A stretch of DNA of 32,000 nt. Source: an uncultured bacterium. Lineage in GTDB: Bacteria > Patescibacteriota > Gracilibacteria > UBA1369 > PNNO01. The notes under the pieces were generated by a model. The model saw only the letters and a list, made by a program, of their open reading frames with translations, did not search any database and was not told the DNA's origin. Where the stretch lies: positions 600,001 to 632,000 of the forward strand of contig OY969931.1 of the NCBI GenBank assembly GCA_963704705.1, in the 5' to 3' direction. The translations under genes and the position numbers were made by a program. Of this stretch, positions 20,241-29,149 are shown piece after piece (the stretch's first letter is position 1; each line of letters starts with the position of its first letter).

Positions 20241-20306
20241 ATGCTTAAACATGCGTATTTGACCTACGGCCCCCGGACTAGCAAGTACGCTTTAGCGTGC
20301 TTGTGC

Positions 20307-23084
20307 TTATGCAGCCTTATTACAAATCAACCTGTATTCGCAGAACTTACAAGAAAATCCAGGCGTAGCTTCAAAATCTGATTTCATTAATTTATCTGCT
20401 TTTTCTTCAATTTCTTTTTCTGCTTTCTCAAGCTGTTCGCTATCTCGCGTAGTAGAGTGTCTTGTATTGTCTTCCAAAAAGTACAAACTTAGCTTTGAAG
20501 CATTAATACCATAAACATCGCGGCAGGCTAATGCGTAAATGGAAAGCTGTAAATCTTTATTTAATTTTTGATCTTTTTTGGATTGTCCTGTTTTATAATC
20601 TATTACTTCATATGTTGCGTCTTCGAGCTTATCTATTCTATCAATACGGCCATTAAATGAGTAATTTCCGATCTTTAAATTAAACGCGCGTTCCAGCATT
20701 TCCGGAATAATCCAATTCTTTTCATTTGTTTTGTAAAAATCTTCAAGAATTTCCAGTCCCTGTTTTTTTCGCGCATTATGATGCGCTCGGCTTTCATAGC
20801 CTTGCGGCCTCCAATTTTTCTCGTATAAATCTTTTAAATCAGTTAATCTTGGCTCTTTTCCATTTTTTAATCCTTCATAAAACTGGTTAAGGGTTTCGTG
20901 TATTGAAGTTCCAAAATTTGAAGCAGCAGTTGAAGGGGATGGAATATTATATAAATATCTAAATTTGTATTTTAACGGACAAGATTCAAAAGTAGTTAAT
21001 TGACTATAGCTGAATTTGCTTGGAATAGGGGATAGTCCAGCTTCTTTTTTAATAACTTTTGGCTTCTGTTCTTCCACTTCTACATCTTCATGTTCCATAA
21101 ACTCTACATCGTCAAGTCCGCTTAATTCATTTATAAATACTGAGGGTTTCCACTTTTTATTGCCTTCGTACTTCTCGCTGTAACTTAAAAATAATTTTTC
21201 TTTTGCTCTTGTACAAGCCACATACATCAAACGGCGCTCTTCATACAAATGCATGTCTTTATCAGGAACTTCCTCAATAATTAATGCATCTGGAATTTGA
21301 ATCGGATCACTTTTATTTGTTCCGGGAAATCTTTGCTGTACAAGTGATGGGATAAATACAACTGGGAATTGCAGCCCTTTTGCTGCGTGAATTGTAAGTA
21401 TTTGAACTGCATCGTGATCTGTTTCGGAAATACTTGAATCAAAGCGCGCTCCGGCATCTTCAAGTAAGTTAAGATAATCTATGAAATTATAAATATTATT
21501 GTCGTTATGCTGAAAATCATATTGCTGAATAAGCTTTAAAAATTCAGCGATATTGAGTATTTTTTCATCATTTTCATACGAATGTTCTGATTGGAGCTTT
21601 TGTATATATTGAAATTTTGTTAAAAATTCGCTGATTATCTGCGGAATAGTATGATCTTTTGAAAATTCAACCAATTCACCAAACAACTTAACTGTTTCTT
21701 TTAAATAATCTTCATCACGAATAACTTCAAGCAAAGAAATTTGATTGTCTTTTGTTTTATTTATAAGCGAAACAAGTGAGGCCATGGGAAAGTTATAAAC
21801 AGGCATTTGCAGTATCCTGAAAAGCGAAAGATCATCATCAGGATTGCTTATAAACTTTAGCACAGCCATCAAATCTTTAATTTCAGGTAAACTTGTTATT
21901 GTTTCTGATGATTTAACCTGAAAAGGCACTTCGTTTACCTTTAAAGCATCTATAATCGGCTGCGCAATTCCATGGGTTCGTACAAGAATAGCGATATCTT
22001 TATATTTATATTCTTTTACTAGTTCGTTGATCTCTTGAACAAAAAATTTATACTCATTTATGTAGTTATTAAAGCGGTTAATCTGTACTTTGTCGCTATC
22101 ATCGAATTGACTGTTTAGCTTTTTATTTATTTCATGACTTGCTTCTAATCTATATGGATTATTATTTTGTATAAGCTCGTATGAGGCATTTAGAATTTGA
22201 GGAACTGACCTGTAGTTTTCTTTAAGTACTATTTTTTTAGCTTCGGGATATTTTCGGCTAAATTCATTTATATTGCTCATTGAAGCACCTCTCCAACGAT
22301 AAATACTCTGATCATCATCACCAACAACAGTAAGGTTTTTATGAGCATCAGCAAGTAAATGTACAATCTTGCTTTGGCTGAAGTTGGTATCCTGGAATTC
22401 ATCAACCATTATTTGTTTATATTTTTGCTGATATTTTTTTAGGATTTGAGGCCTGCTTTCAAAAAGTCTTAAAACATAAGACTGCAGACCATTAAAATCC
22501 AGTACGTTGTCTTTAATTAATAATTCTTCGTATTTCAGATAAGCATTTGCAAGCTCCAAAAATCTTTCTTTATCTTCATCTGTATTTTCAGCAAATTCAA
22601 GATATGCTTTTGGAGAAATATCTTCATCTTTTAGGCGGGAAAAATGCGTGCCCAAAGCAGAAATAAACTTACCGGGATTGCCTAGCGGCCTGTAATAATT
22701 CAAATCAAAATCAAATAAATGTTTTTTTATAAACATCCATTGATCAATTTGGTTAAGAATTTTATATGATGTATCAAGACCTATCTCAAGCCCGCTTTCT
22801 TTTAAAATTTTGTCGCAAAAACCATGAAATGTATAAATCGGAATTTCTTCATATGAATATGGAAGTGCGATATCAACCCTTTCTATCATTTCATCAGTTG
22901 CTTTTTCAGTAAAAGTAAGCGCCAAAACACTTGTTGGATTGTATTTTTTTTCCTGAATTAAATATAGAATTCTTGAAGTAATTACATGTGTTTTTCCTGT
23001 TCCCGCACCCGCAATAATCAAAAGAGGTCCGTTTTCATGTTGAACTGCTTCTAATTGTTCTTTATTTAATTTATTTAAATCCAT
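20307..23084 (-). CDS. UvrD/PcrA-family superfamily 1 helicase fused to a C-terminal PD-(D/E)XK nuclease domain with Cys cluster
   Basis: LNKEQLEAVQHENGPLLIIAGAGTGKTHVITSRI (Walker A), VDEFQDTN, GDDDQSIYRWRGA. C-terminus: FSYSQLTTFESCPLKYKF, EVIDYKTG and FSCKFCEYRLIC. Confidence 0.92.
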   Translation of the reverse strand: MDLNKLNKEQLEAVQHENGPLLIIAGAGTGKTHVITSRILYLIQEKKYNPTSVLALTFTEKATDEMIERVDIALPYSYEEIPIYTFHGFCDKILKESGLEIGLDTSYKILNQIDQWMFIKKHLFDFDLNYYRPLGNPGKFISALGTHFSRLKDEDISPKAYLEFAENTDEDKERFLELANAYLKYEELLIKDNVLDFNGLQSYVLRLFESRPQILKKYQQKYKQIMVDEFQDTNFSQSKIVHLLADAHKNLTVVGDDDQSIYRWRGASMSNINEFSRKYPEAKKIVLKENYRSVPQILNASYELIQNNNPYRLEASHEINKKLNSQFDDSDKVQINRFNNYINEYKFFVQEINELVKEYKYKDIAILVRTHGIAQPIIDALKVNEVPFQVKSSETITSLPEIKDLMAVLKFISNPDDDLSLFRILQMPVYNFPMASLVSLINKTKDNQISLLEVIRDEDYLKETVKLFGELVEFSKDHTIPQIISEFLTKFQYIQKLQSEHSYENDEKILNIAEFLKLIQQYDFQHNDNNIYNFIDYLNLLEDAGARFDSSISETDHDAVQILTIHAAKGLQFPVVFIPSLVQQRFPGTNKSDPIQIPDALIIEEVPDKDMHLYEERRLMYVACTRAKEKLFLSYSEKYEGNKKWKPSVFINELSGLDDVEFMEHEDVEVEEQKPKVIKKEAGLSPIPSKFSYSQLTTFESCPLKYKFRYLYNIPSPSTAASNFGTSIHETLNQFYEGLKNGKEPRLTDLKDLYEKNWRPQGYESRAHHNARKKQGLEILEDFYKTNEKNWIIPEMLERAFNLKIGNYSFNGRIDRIDKLEDATYEVIDYKTGQSKKDQKLNKDLQLSIYALACRDVYGINASKLSLYFLEDNTRHSTTRDSEQLEKAEKEIEEKADKLMKSDFEATPGFSCKFCEYRLICNKAA

Positions 23085-23138
23085 AGTAATAATTTAACCT
23101 AAATCCTTTAAAATAAAAACTGAAAATTGGAGTTTTTG

Positions 23139-23167
23139 TTGTTAAATAAAGGTTTTTCTGATATAAT
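23139..23167 (+). promoter_or_regulatory. Promoter for the alpha/beta hydrolase gene
   Basis: TTGTTA (23139-23144), 17-nt spacer, TATAAT (23162-23167). Confidence 0.6.
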
Positions 23168-23188
23168 ATAGAGAAATAATTGTTATTT

Positions 23189-24982
23189 ATGTGTTCTGTG
23201 TTTTTATCAAAATCAGAATTTGAAAAATCTAAACACGATGAAGAAGCTTTAAAAAAGAAAGCAACTCCACCTGTTTTAAGTAAAAATCCTAAAACTCCTG
23301 ATTCTAATTCAAAAGCAAAAGCAGTTGCTGCAGATAAAACCGAAGAAGCTAAAAAAGCTGGTAAAAGACGTTTGGAAAAATTAAAAACAGGAAAAGAAAA
23401 AAAAGAATCAAAAGATTTTAAAATTAAACTATTTGGAACTGAAGTAATTAGAAAAAGTGAAAATGGTGTAGTTTATTATTTGGATTTAAGCGGTAAAAAA
23501 ATAACTGATCTTGCAAAATGGGCTTCAGATAGATTAAAAGATTCAACTGTTACAGCAAAATTAGAGAGAGATTTAAAACCATATTCAGGCAAATTAGAAG
23601 CTGTTACGCCTGAACAAAGAGCAAAATCCTTAAAAGATTTAAACAGCAAATTAATTCTCGATTTACAAAATGGAGCTGACAATAAAGGACAAATAAAAGG
23701 AGATAAAATTGAATTGGCTGCCTTAAGAGCACAAGCTGTTTTGGAAAAAAAATCAGGTTTAACTTTTTCAGTCACAGAAAATTTATCTAAAGTTAAAAAC
23801 AGTAAGTATTTGGACTATCAACATGTCTTACCACCTAATGCCACAACTATTATAGTGGAGAGGGCAGGTAAAAAATTTGTATGCGTAAGAATGATTGATA
23901 GAAGTGAAGGAGAAAGAATAGGGTATTTTAATTTACAAGCAGGAAAAAGAGTGTCAATGCAAAAAGGCGATACTGTGTCTATCGTTGGTACAATCGATAC
24001 AAAAAGCGCACAATATACACAAGTAGTTGAACAGGAAAATTCAGCAATATCTAAGCGTGCAAAAACAGGTTTTGCCTATAGCAAAGATAAAGAAAAACCT
24101 GACAAAGTAACAGCAAGTCGCAGTGGAAGAGCTTCTTATATTCCAAAAACTTCGTCATATGCATCAGTAGGAGCACAAGACTCGCCAAGCTCACCGGCTT
24201 CAACTGCACCTGCCACATGGGATCCTTCTAAGAATGAAAGTAAAGAAGTTGCAGGTGAATACAATATAAAAACTGTTAAAAATCCGGAAATAAACGGAGG
24301 CAGAAATATACATTTATTTATACCGGAGAAGCTTGACCCTAAAAAACCTACTCATCTTATTTATTATTTTCATGGATTTACCAATCCTGCAAGTGCAGCC
24401 AAAGAACTTTTAACAAATCCGCGTGAATGGAGCAAAAAAAATATGCTCAGTGGCTTAAAGGACCTTGCAAAAACTCATAATATTGTCTTTGCAATGCCAG
24501 AAGGGGAGAGCGGCAGGTCAAAATGGTGGTCATTACATAAAAAAGAGAATTTTGAAAAATTTGATGAATTTGTAAGAAAAGAATCAGGCGCAGATAAGAC
24601 CAAAGATGTAAAAAGATATATTATGGGGCATAGCGGCGCATATATTGCTTTAAATGGTATTTTAAAAAGTATGCCAGCAAATTATTTTGCCGGGCTTGGC
24701 CTTTTTGATACTATTTATGGAAAGGGATTTTATGCTCAGGAAATTTTCAAGCGTTTAAGTAAGCACGATAAAATGAAGGTATGGTCATTATTTAGGGCAG
24801 GATCAAGTGCTCCTAACAGAAATAATAATGAACTTCAAAAAATGCTACAAAATAACCCTGGCTCAAGAAAAGCAGAAAAAGATATGAAGTTTAGTACAAC
24901 TAGTTTAAAACACATAGATATAAAAGCTCCGGGAATTCGTGATTCAATGAAGTTTTTCATAGATAATGAGAAGAAAGCTTAA
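23189..24982 (+). CDS. Large protein with charged N-terminal region and C-terminal alpha/beta hydrolase (esterase-like) domain
   Basis: THLIYYFHGFTNPASAAKE (HGF oxyanion-type motif) and YIMGHSGAYIALNGIL (GHSGAY nucleophile elbow). The track starts at TTG 23180; ATG at 23189 is an alternative. Confidence 0.7.
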   Translation: MCSVFLSKSEFEKSKHDEEALKKKATPPVLSKNPKTPDSNSKAKAVAADKTEEAKKAGKRRLEKLKTGKEKKESKDFKIKLFGTEVIRKSENGVVYYLDLSGKKITDLAKWASDRLKDSTVTAKLERDLKPYSGKLEAVTPEQRAKSLKDLNSKLILDLQNGADNKGQIKGDKIELAALRAQAVLEKKSGLTFSVTENLSKVKNSKYLDYQHVLPPNATTIIVERAGKKFVCVRMIDRSEGERIGYFNLQAGKRVSMQKGDTVSIVGTIDTKSAQYTQVVEQENSAISKRAKTGFAYSKDKEKPDKVTASRSGRASYIPKTSSYASVGAQDSPSSPASTAPATWDPSKNESKEVAGEYNIKTVKNPEINGGRNIHLFIPEKLDPKKPTHLIYYFHGFTNPASAAKELLTNPREWSKKNMLSGLKDLAKTHNIVFAMPEGESGRSKWWSLHKKENFEKFDEFVRKESGADKTKDVKRYIMGHSGAYIALNGILKSMPANYFAGLGLFDTIYGKGFYAQEIFKRLSKHDKMKVWSLFRAGSSAPNRNNNELQKMLQNNPGSRKAEKDMKFSTTSLKHIDIKAPGIRDSMKFFIDNEKKA

Positions 24983-26179
24983 TTATGCAGCGATCTCTTC
25001 TTCAGCAGGTTTTTCTTCTTCCGCATTACTCGCTTTGCTCGTTCCAGAAGCCTTTGCTTTCGTTTCGCCCTGTTTATCGCTCAATGCTTTTATACTTAAG
25101 CCGATTCTGTGCTCTTCAGGATCTACAGAAATAATTTTAGCTTCAACTTTATCACCAACTTTAAGTACTTTTGTCGCATCTTCTAGAGGTTCTTCCTGAA
25201 TTTCAGTTAAGTGGATAAGTCCGTTAATATCTTCACCCAATTTAACAAATGCACCGAATTGAGTTACTTTATTAACTTCGCCCTCAACTGTTTTTCCAAT
25301 TTTAAAGTTTTTAGCAGCTTCAAGCCAAGGATCAGGTGTTAATCTTTTCATGCTTAATGAGATTTTTTCACCTTCAATTCCAATAACTAGAATTTCTACT
25401 TCATCGCCGATTTTACCGTATTCAGCAGGATCTTTAACATGGCCCCATGCGATTTCAGAGATATGAACAAGCCCTTCGAGTCCGTCGAATGCAACGAATA
25501 TACCAAATTTAACAATACCGCTGATTTCACCTTTAACTTTTTGTCCTATTTTAAGTTTTTTAAGCGATGCATTACGTTGTTCGCTCATTGCAGCCTTTTC
25601 AGAAAGAATCAATTTACCGTTATCGTGATCAATATTAATAACTTTTACATCAAAGTCTTTGCTTACCAGGTCATTAAGTCTTTTTAAAATTTCATTTGAA
25701 TCAGCTCCGTTTACACGTGGATAATGCATTGGGGCAAGCTGAGAAACAGGTATGAAGCCTTTAATTCCGTCAACTTCCAATAATAATCCACCTTTATTTG
25801 CTTCATTTGCTTTTACTTTAATAATGTCACCGTTTTCATAAGCTTCAACAAAATATTGCCAGCTTTTCTCCTGACTTGCTTTTCTAAGTGAAAGAACAAC
25901 AAGCCCATCAGGATTTTCAGGGTCTATTACATAAGTTGAAATAGTATCACCAATTTGGAGTTCTTTTATTGTACCCATGCTGTCATGAGCTTCTTTACCA
26001 GCAATAATTCCGGTGCTAATCCCACCGAGATCAACTAAAATCTTATTTTTATAAATGTCAGTAACTGTTCCGTCAATTAAGGAACCCGGAGTAGGGAATA
26101 CAATTTCAGGTGAATCTTTAAGAAGTTTTTCCATAACTTCACTCTCGTCACCAAAAACTTTGGTCATTTGGGTATTCAT
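24983..26179 (-). CDS. rpsA: Ribosomal protein S1 homologue (four S1-type domains)
   Basis: Repeated S1/OB motifs: GSLIDGTVTDIYKNKILVDLGG, GQKVKGEISGIVKFGIFVAFDGLEGLVHISEIAW and GKTVEGEVNKVTQFGAFVKLGEDINGLIHLTE. ATG at 26179 (MNTQMTKVFG) preferred over TTG at 26233. Confidence 0.9.
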   Translation of the reverse strand: MNTQMTKVFGDESEVMEKLLKDSPEIVFPTPGSLIDGTVTDIYKNKILVDLGGISTGIIAGKEAHDSMGTIKELQIGDTISTYVIDPENPDGLVVLSLRKASQEKSWQYFVEAYENGDIIKVKANEANKGGLLLEVDGIKGFIPVSQLAPMHYPRVNGADSNEILKRLNDLVSKDFDVKVINIDHDNGKLILSEKAAMSEQRNASLKKLKIGQKVKGEISGIVKFGIFVAFDGLEGLVHISEIAWGHVKDPAEYGKIGDEVEILVIGIEGEKISLSMKRLTPDPWLEAAKNFKIGKTVEGEVNKVTQFGAFVKLGEDINGLIHLTEIQEEPLEDATKVLKVGDKVEAKIISVDPEEHRIGLSIKALSDKQGETKAKASGTSKASNAEEEKPAEEEIAA

Positions 26180-26332
26180 GATGCCTGTGCAATAGAGCCT
26201 TTTAAAGTTTAGTAGCTCACATTTTTGTAACAACGGCTCTACTACTTAAAGGTTGTTAAAACACATGAGCACAAAAAGATTACACTATGTTTTTTAAATT
26301 TGCAAATTAAAAATTCACCAAAACAAAATAGC

Positions 26333-26347
26333 TTTGCCCGGCAAAGT
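26333..26347 (-). terminator. Hairpin downstream of clpC
   Basis: ctttg-cccgg-caaag palindrome just after the clpC stop. On the minus strand it is followed by ctattttgttttg, a weak U tract. Confidence 0.4.
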
Positions 26348-26351
26348 GGGA

Positions 26352-28958
26352 TTACTTCTTTTTAGCTTCTTTTAAAAGTTTAATTTCATCACCTTTCTTT
26401 GTAATAATAATTTTATCACCTTCTTTGAATTCTCCTTCAAGGAATTTATTTGTAAGAGGATCTTCAACATAATCCTGAATAGCTCTTCTGACAGGTCTAG
26501 CTCCATATTTTGGATCAAATCCTTTTTCAGCGAGAAGATCGATTGCGGTTTTAGTTGCTTCAATAGTGATTTTCTTAGATTTAAGTCTTTCCTGAAGCAT
26601 TGCCAAATGAAGTTTTACAATTTCTTTAATGTTATCTCGTGTTAAGGCTCTGAATACAATAGTTTTATCGATACGATTTAAAAATTCCGGTTTAAAATTC
26701 TCTTTAAGATCCTGTAATATCGCATTTTTTGTATTCTGATATTCATCTTCGGCAGCTTTTAGATCATCACCTTTTTGAGTAAATCCAATTGGAGCGGCTT
26801 TTTCAGTTAATTTATCAGCTCCAATATTTGATGTAAGTACAATTATTGTATTTTTAAAGTCTACTTTTCTGCCTTTACTGTCAGTTAATACACCGTCTTC
26901 AAGGATTTGAAGAAGTAAATTAAATACTTCCGGATGAGCTTTTTCAATTTCATCAAATAAAACTATTGAATAAGGCTTCCTTCTAACCAGTTCAGTTAAT
27001 TGACCTCCGTCGTCATAACCAACGTAACCGGCTGTAGTACCTATTAATCTTGAAGTGGTGTGGCGTTCCATAAATTCACTCATATCAATCTTAATAAGTG
27101 CGTCTTTATCATCATAAACTTCTTGTGCCAGTGCACGTACAAGTTCAGTTTTACCAACACCGGTTGGTCCCATAAATATGAATGAACCTATAGGTCTGTT
27201 TTCATCAGCAAATCCTGCTCTTGAACGTCTGATTGCTTTTGAAATAGCTTCAACAGCTTCATCTTGTCCAATAATTCTTTTCTTTAATTTATCGTCCAAA
27301 TTAATTAGATTCTGCATTTCTGATTTAATAAGTTTTGTAACCGGAATTCCAGTCATGCTTGCTATAACTTTAGCAATATCCTCTTCGGTTACTTTTTTTC
27401 GTTTACCTTTAGGTGTTTTAATTGATTTTGAGTTTTCAATCTGTTTAGCGAGCTCAAGTTCCTGATTTCTGAGTTCAGCTGCACGTTCATAATCCTGCAT
27501 TGAAACAGCTTCTTCTTTTTTTCTGATAACTTTACCCAATTCTTTTTGAAGTTTTTTAGACGTATCATTAGTACTTTTTGAATCAACACGTTTTAATGAT
27601 GCTGCTTCATCAATCAAATCGATAGCTTTATCAGGCAGAAATCTATCGTTTATATATCTTGCTGAAAGTGTGATTGAAGAATCGATTGCTTCATCTGTAA
27701 TATTCATATCATGGTGATCTTCAAAACTTTCACGAAGTCCTTCAAGCATTGCTTTTGATTCTTCAATACTTGGTTCTTCAACCATAATTGGCTGAAATCT
27801 TCTTTCAAGAGCTGCATCGCTTTCAATATGTTTGCGATATTCATTTGTTGTAGTTGCACCGATTACCTGAATTGCACCTCTTGATAAAGCCGGTTTTAAT
27901 ATATTTGCTGCATCAAGACTTCCTTCAGCTGATCCGGCACCAACAACAGTATGTACTTCATCAATAAATAAAATTGCATTGTTAACCTGTTTAAGTTCAT
28001 CAAGAATTTGTTTTACCCTTTCTTCAAATTCACCGCGATATTTTGTACCTGCAATAACAGATGTCATTGATAAAGAAAGTATACGTTTGTTTAAAAGCTG
28101 GTCAGGCACATTATCTTTTGATATAGCGAAAGCAAGGCCCTCAGCAATAGCTGTTTTACCAACACCAGGCTCACCAATAATCACAGGGTTATTCTTTGTT
28201 TTTCTGCATAAAATACTAACCATTCTTTTAATTTCTTTTTCACGTCCGATTACAGGATCTAATTTTCCTTTAACTGCTTCATTTACAAGATCAACTGTAA
28301 AGTAGTCCAGAGCAGGAGTTTTTGTTTTCTGCCCGTCTTTTTTCTTCTTTTTCTTATATTCCTCTTTTTCAACCTGTCCTACTAAAACACCCTGTAGTCC
28401 ATTCAAAAAGAATTCCATAGGATTCATTGGCTGACCATTTTGCTGCATTGGCATTGGATTATTGCCAGTTTGACCTTGTGCCTGCATTTCTTTGCCTTTT
28501 TCAAAAGTTTGAAGAATTTGATCTTTTACATCCAAAGGATTGATTTTCATGTTTTCCAATATTACAGTTGCAGCTGTATTTTCTTGTGAAACAAGCGCAT
28601 ATAATAAGTGCTCTGTTCCAATATATGAATGGTTATATTCTTCTCCTGATTTAACTGCTTCTTCAATAACTTTTTTAGCAAATCCGCTTAGGCCTGTTTT
28701 GCCATTTTGATTGATAGGCTTATTAGGTCTATTTAATCTTCCTACTGTTTTAAGTACCAACTCAACATTTTCGCTTGAAACGCCAAAATTGTGGAGTATA
28801 TGTGCTCCTAAAGAATTTGTCTGGGTTAAAATGCCCATTAATATATGTTCAGTACCAACGTAATCGAGGCCTGCAAATTTAGCTTTTTCCTGCGCTACAA
28901 TAAGCGCCTGCTTTGCTTCTTTAGTGAATTTTTCGAATCTGTGTGAATTATTTTCCAT
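26352..28958 (-). CDS. clpC: ATP-dependent Clp protease ATP-binding subunit ClpC-like
   Basis: 868 aa; FTKEAKQALIVAQEKAKFAGLDYVGTEHILMGI N-domain, GEPGVGKTAIAEGLA, UVR-like EEAVSMQDYERAAELRNQELEL and GPTGVGKTELVRALA. Confidence 0.95.
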   Translation of the reverse strand: MENNSHRFEKFTKEAKQALIVAQEKAKFAGLDYVGTEHILMGILTQTNSLGAHILHNFGVSSENVELVLKTVGRLNRPNKPINQNGKTGLSGFAKKVIEEAVKSGEEYNHSYIGTEHLLYALVSQENTAATVILENMKINPLDVKDQILQTFEKGKEMQAQGQTGNNPMPMQQNGQPMNPMEFFLNGLQGVLVGQVEKEEYKKKKKKDGQKTKTPALDYFTVDLVNEAVKGKLDPVIGREKEIKRMVSILCRKTKNNPVIIGEPGVGKTAIAEGLAFAISKDNVPDQLLNKRILSLSMTSVIAGTKYRGEFEERVKQILDELKQVNNAILFIDEVHTVVGAGSAEGSLDAANILKPALSRGAIQVIGATTTNEYRKHIESDAALERRFQPIMVEEPSIEESKAMLEGLRESFEDHHDMNITDEAIDSSITLSARYINDRFLPDKAIDLIDEAASLKRVDSKSTNDTSKKLQKELGKVIRKKEEAVSMQDYERAAELRNQELELAKQIENSKSIKTPKGKRKKVTEEDIAKVIASMTGIPVTKLIKSEMQNLINLDDKLKKRIIGQDEAVEAISKAIRRSRAGFADENRPIGSFIFMGPTGVGKTELVRALAQEVYDDKDALIKIDMSEFMERHTTSRLIGTTAGYVGYDDGGQLTELVRRKPYSIVLFDEIEKAHPEVFNLLLQILEDGVLTDSKGRKVDFKNTIIVLTSNIGADKLTEKAAPIGFTQKGDDLKAAEDEYQNTKNAILQDLKENFKPEFLNRIDKTIVFRALTRDNIKEIVKLHLAMLQERLKSKKITIEATKTAIDLLAEKGFDPKYGARPVRRAIQDYVEDPLTNKFLEGEFKEGDKIIITKKGDEIKLLKEAKKK

Positions 28959-29098
28959 TTCTAGTAGTTAAATATATTAATATAAAGTCTTTATATTCTA
29001 GCATAAATAGGACAATTTTTGAATTCCTTATGCTTATTTTCAACTTTACTTACAAGTAAATTTATGTTGTATAAATTTATTGAACAAAACATATTAAA

Positions 29099-29125
29099 TT
29101 AGCACTCTTTATTTTAGAGTGCTAA
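29099..29125 (-). promoter_or_regulatory. CIRCE element (HrcA operator) upstream of clpC
   Basis: Perfect TTAGCACTC-N9-GAGTGCTAA. Confidence 0.95.
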
Positions 29126-29139
29126 TTGTTTGAAGTCAA
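29111..29139 (-). promoter_or_regulatory. Sigma70-type promoter overlapping CIRCE, directed at clpC
   Basis: Minus strand TTGACT (29134-29139), 17-nt spacer, TAAAAT (29111-29116); the -10 lies in the N9 spacer of CIRCE. Confidence 0.75.
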
Positions 29140-29149
29140 TAAGAAATTT

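Noticed and set aside
20059-20262. 67-aa ORF MLLSFFGMQLASC... inside the candidate RNA
   Set aside because: No clear SD; it runs through several UUCG hairpins and the terminator, and its composition is explained by the RNA structure.
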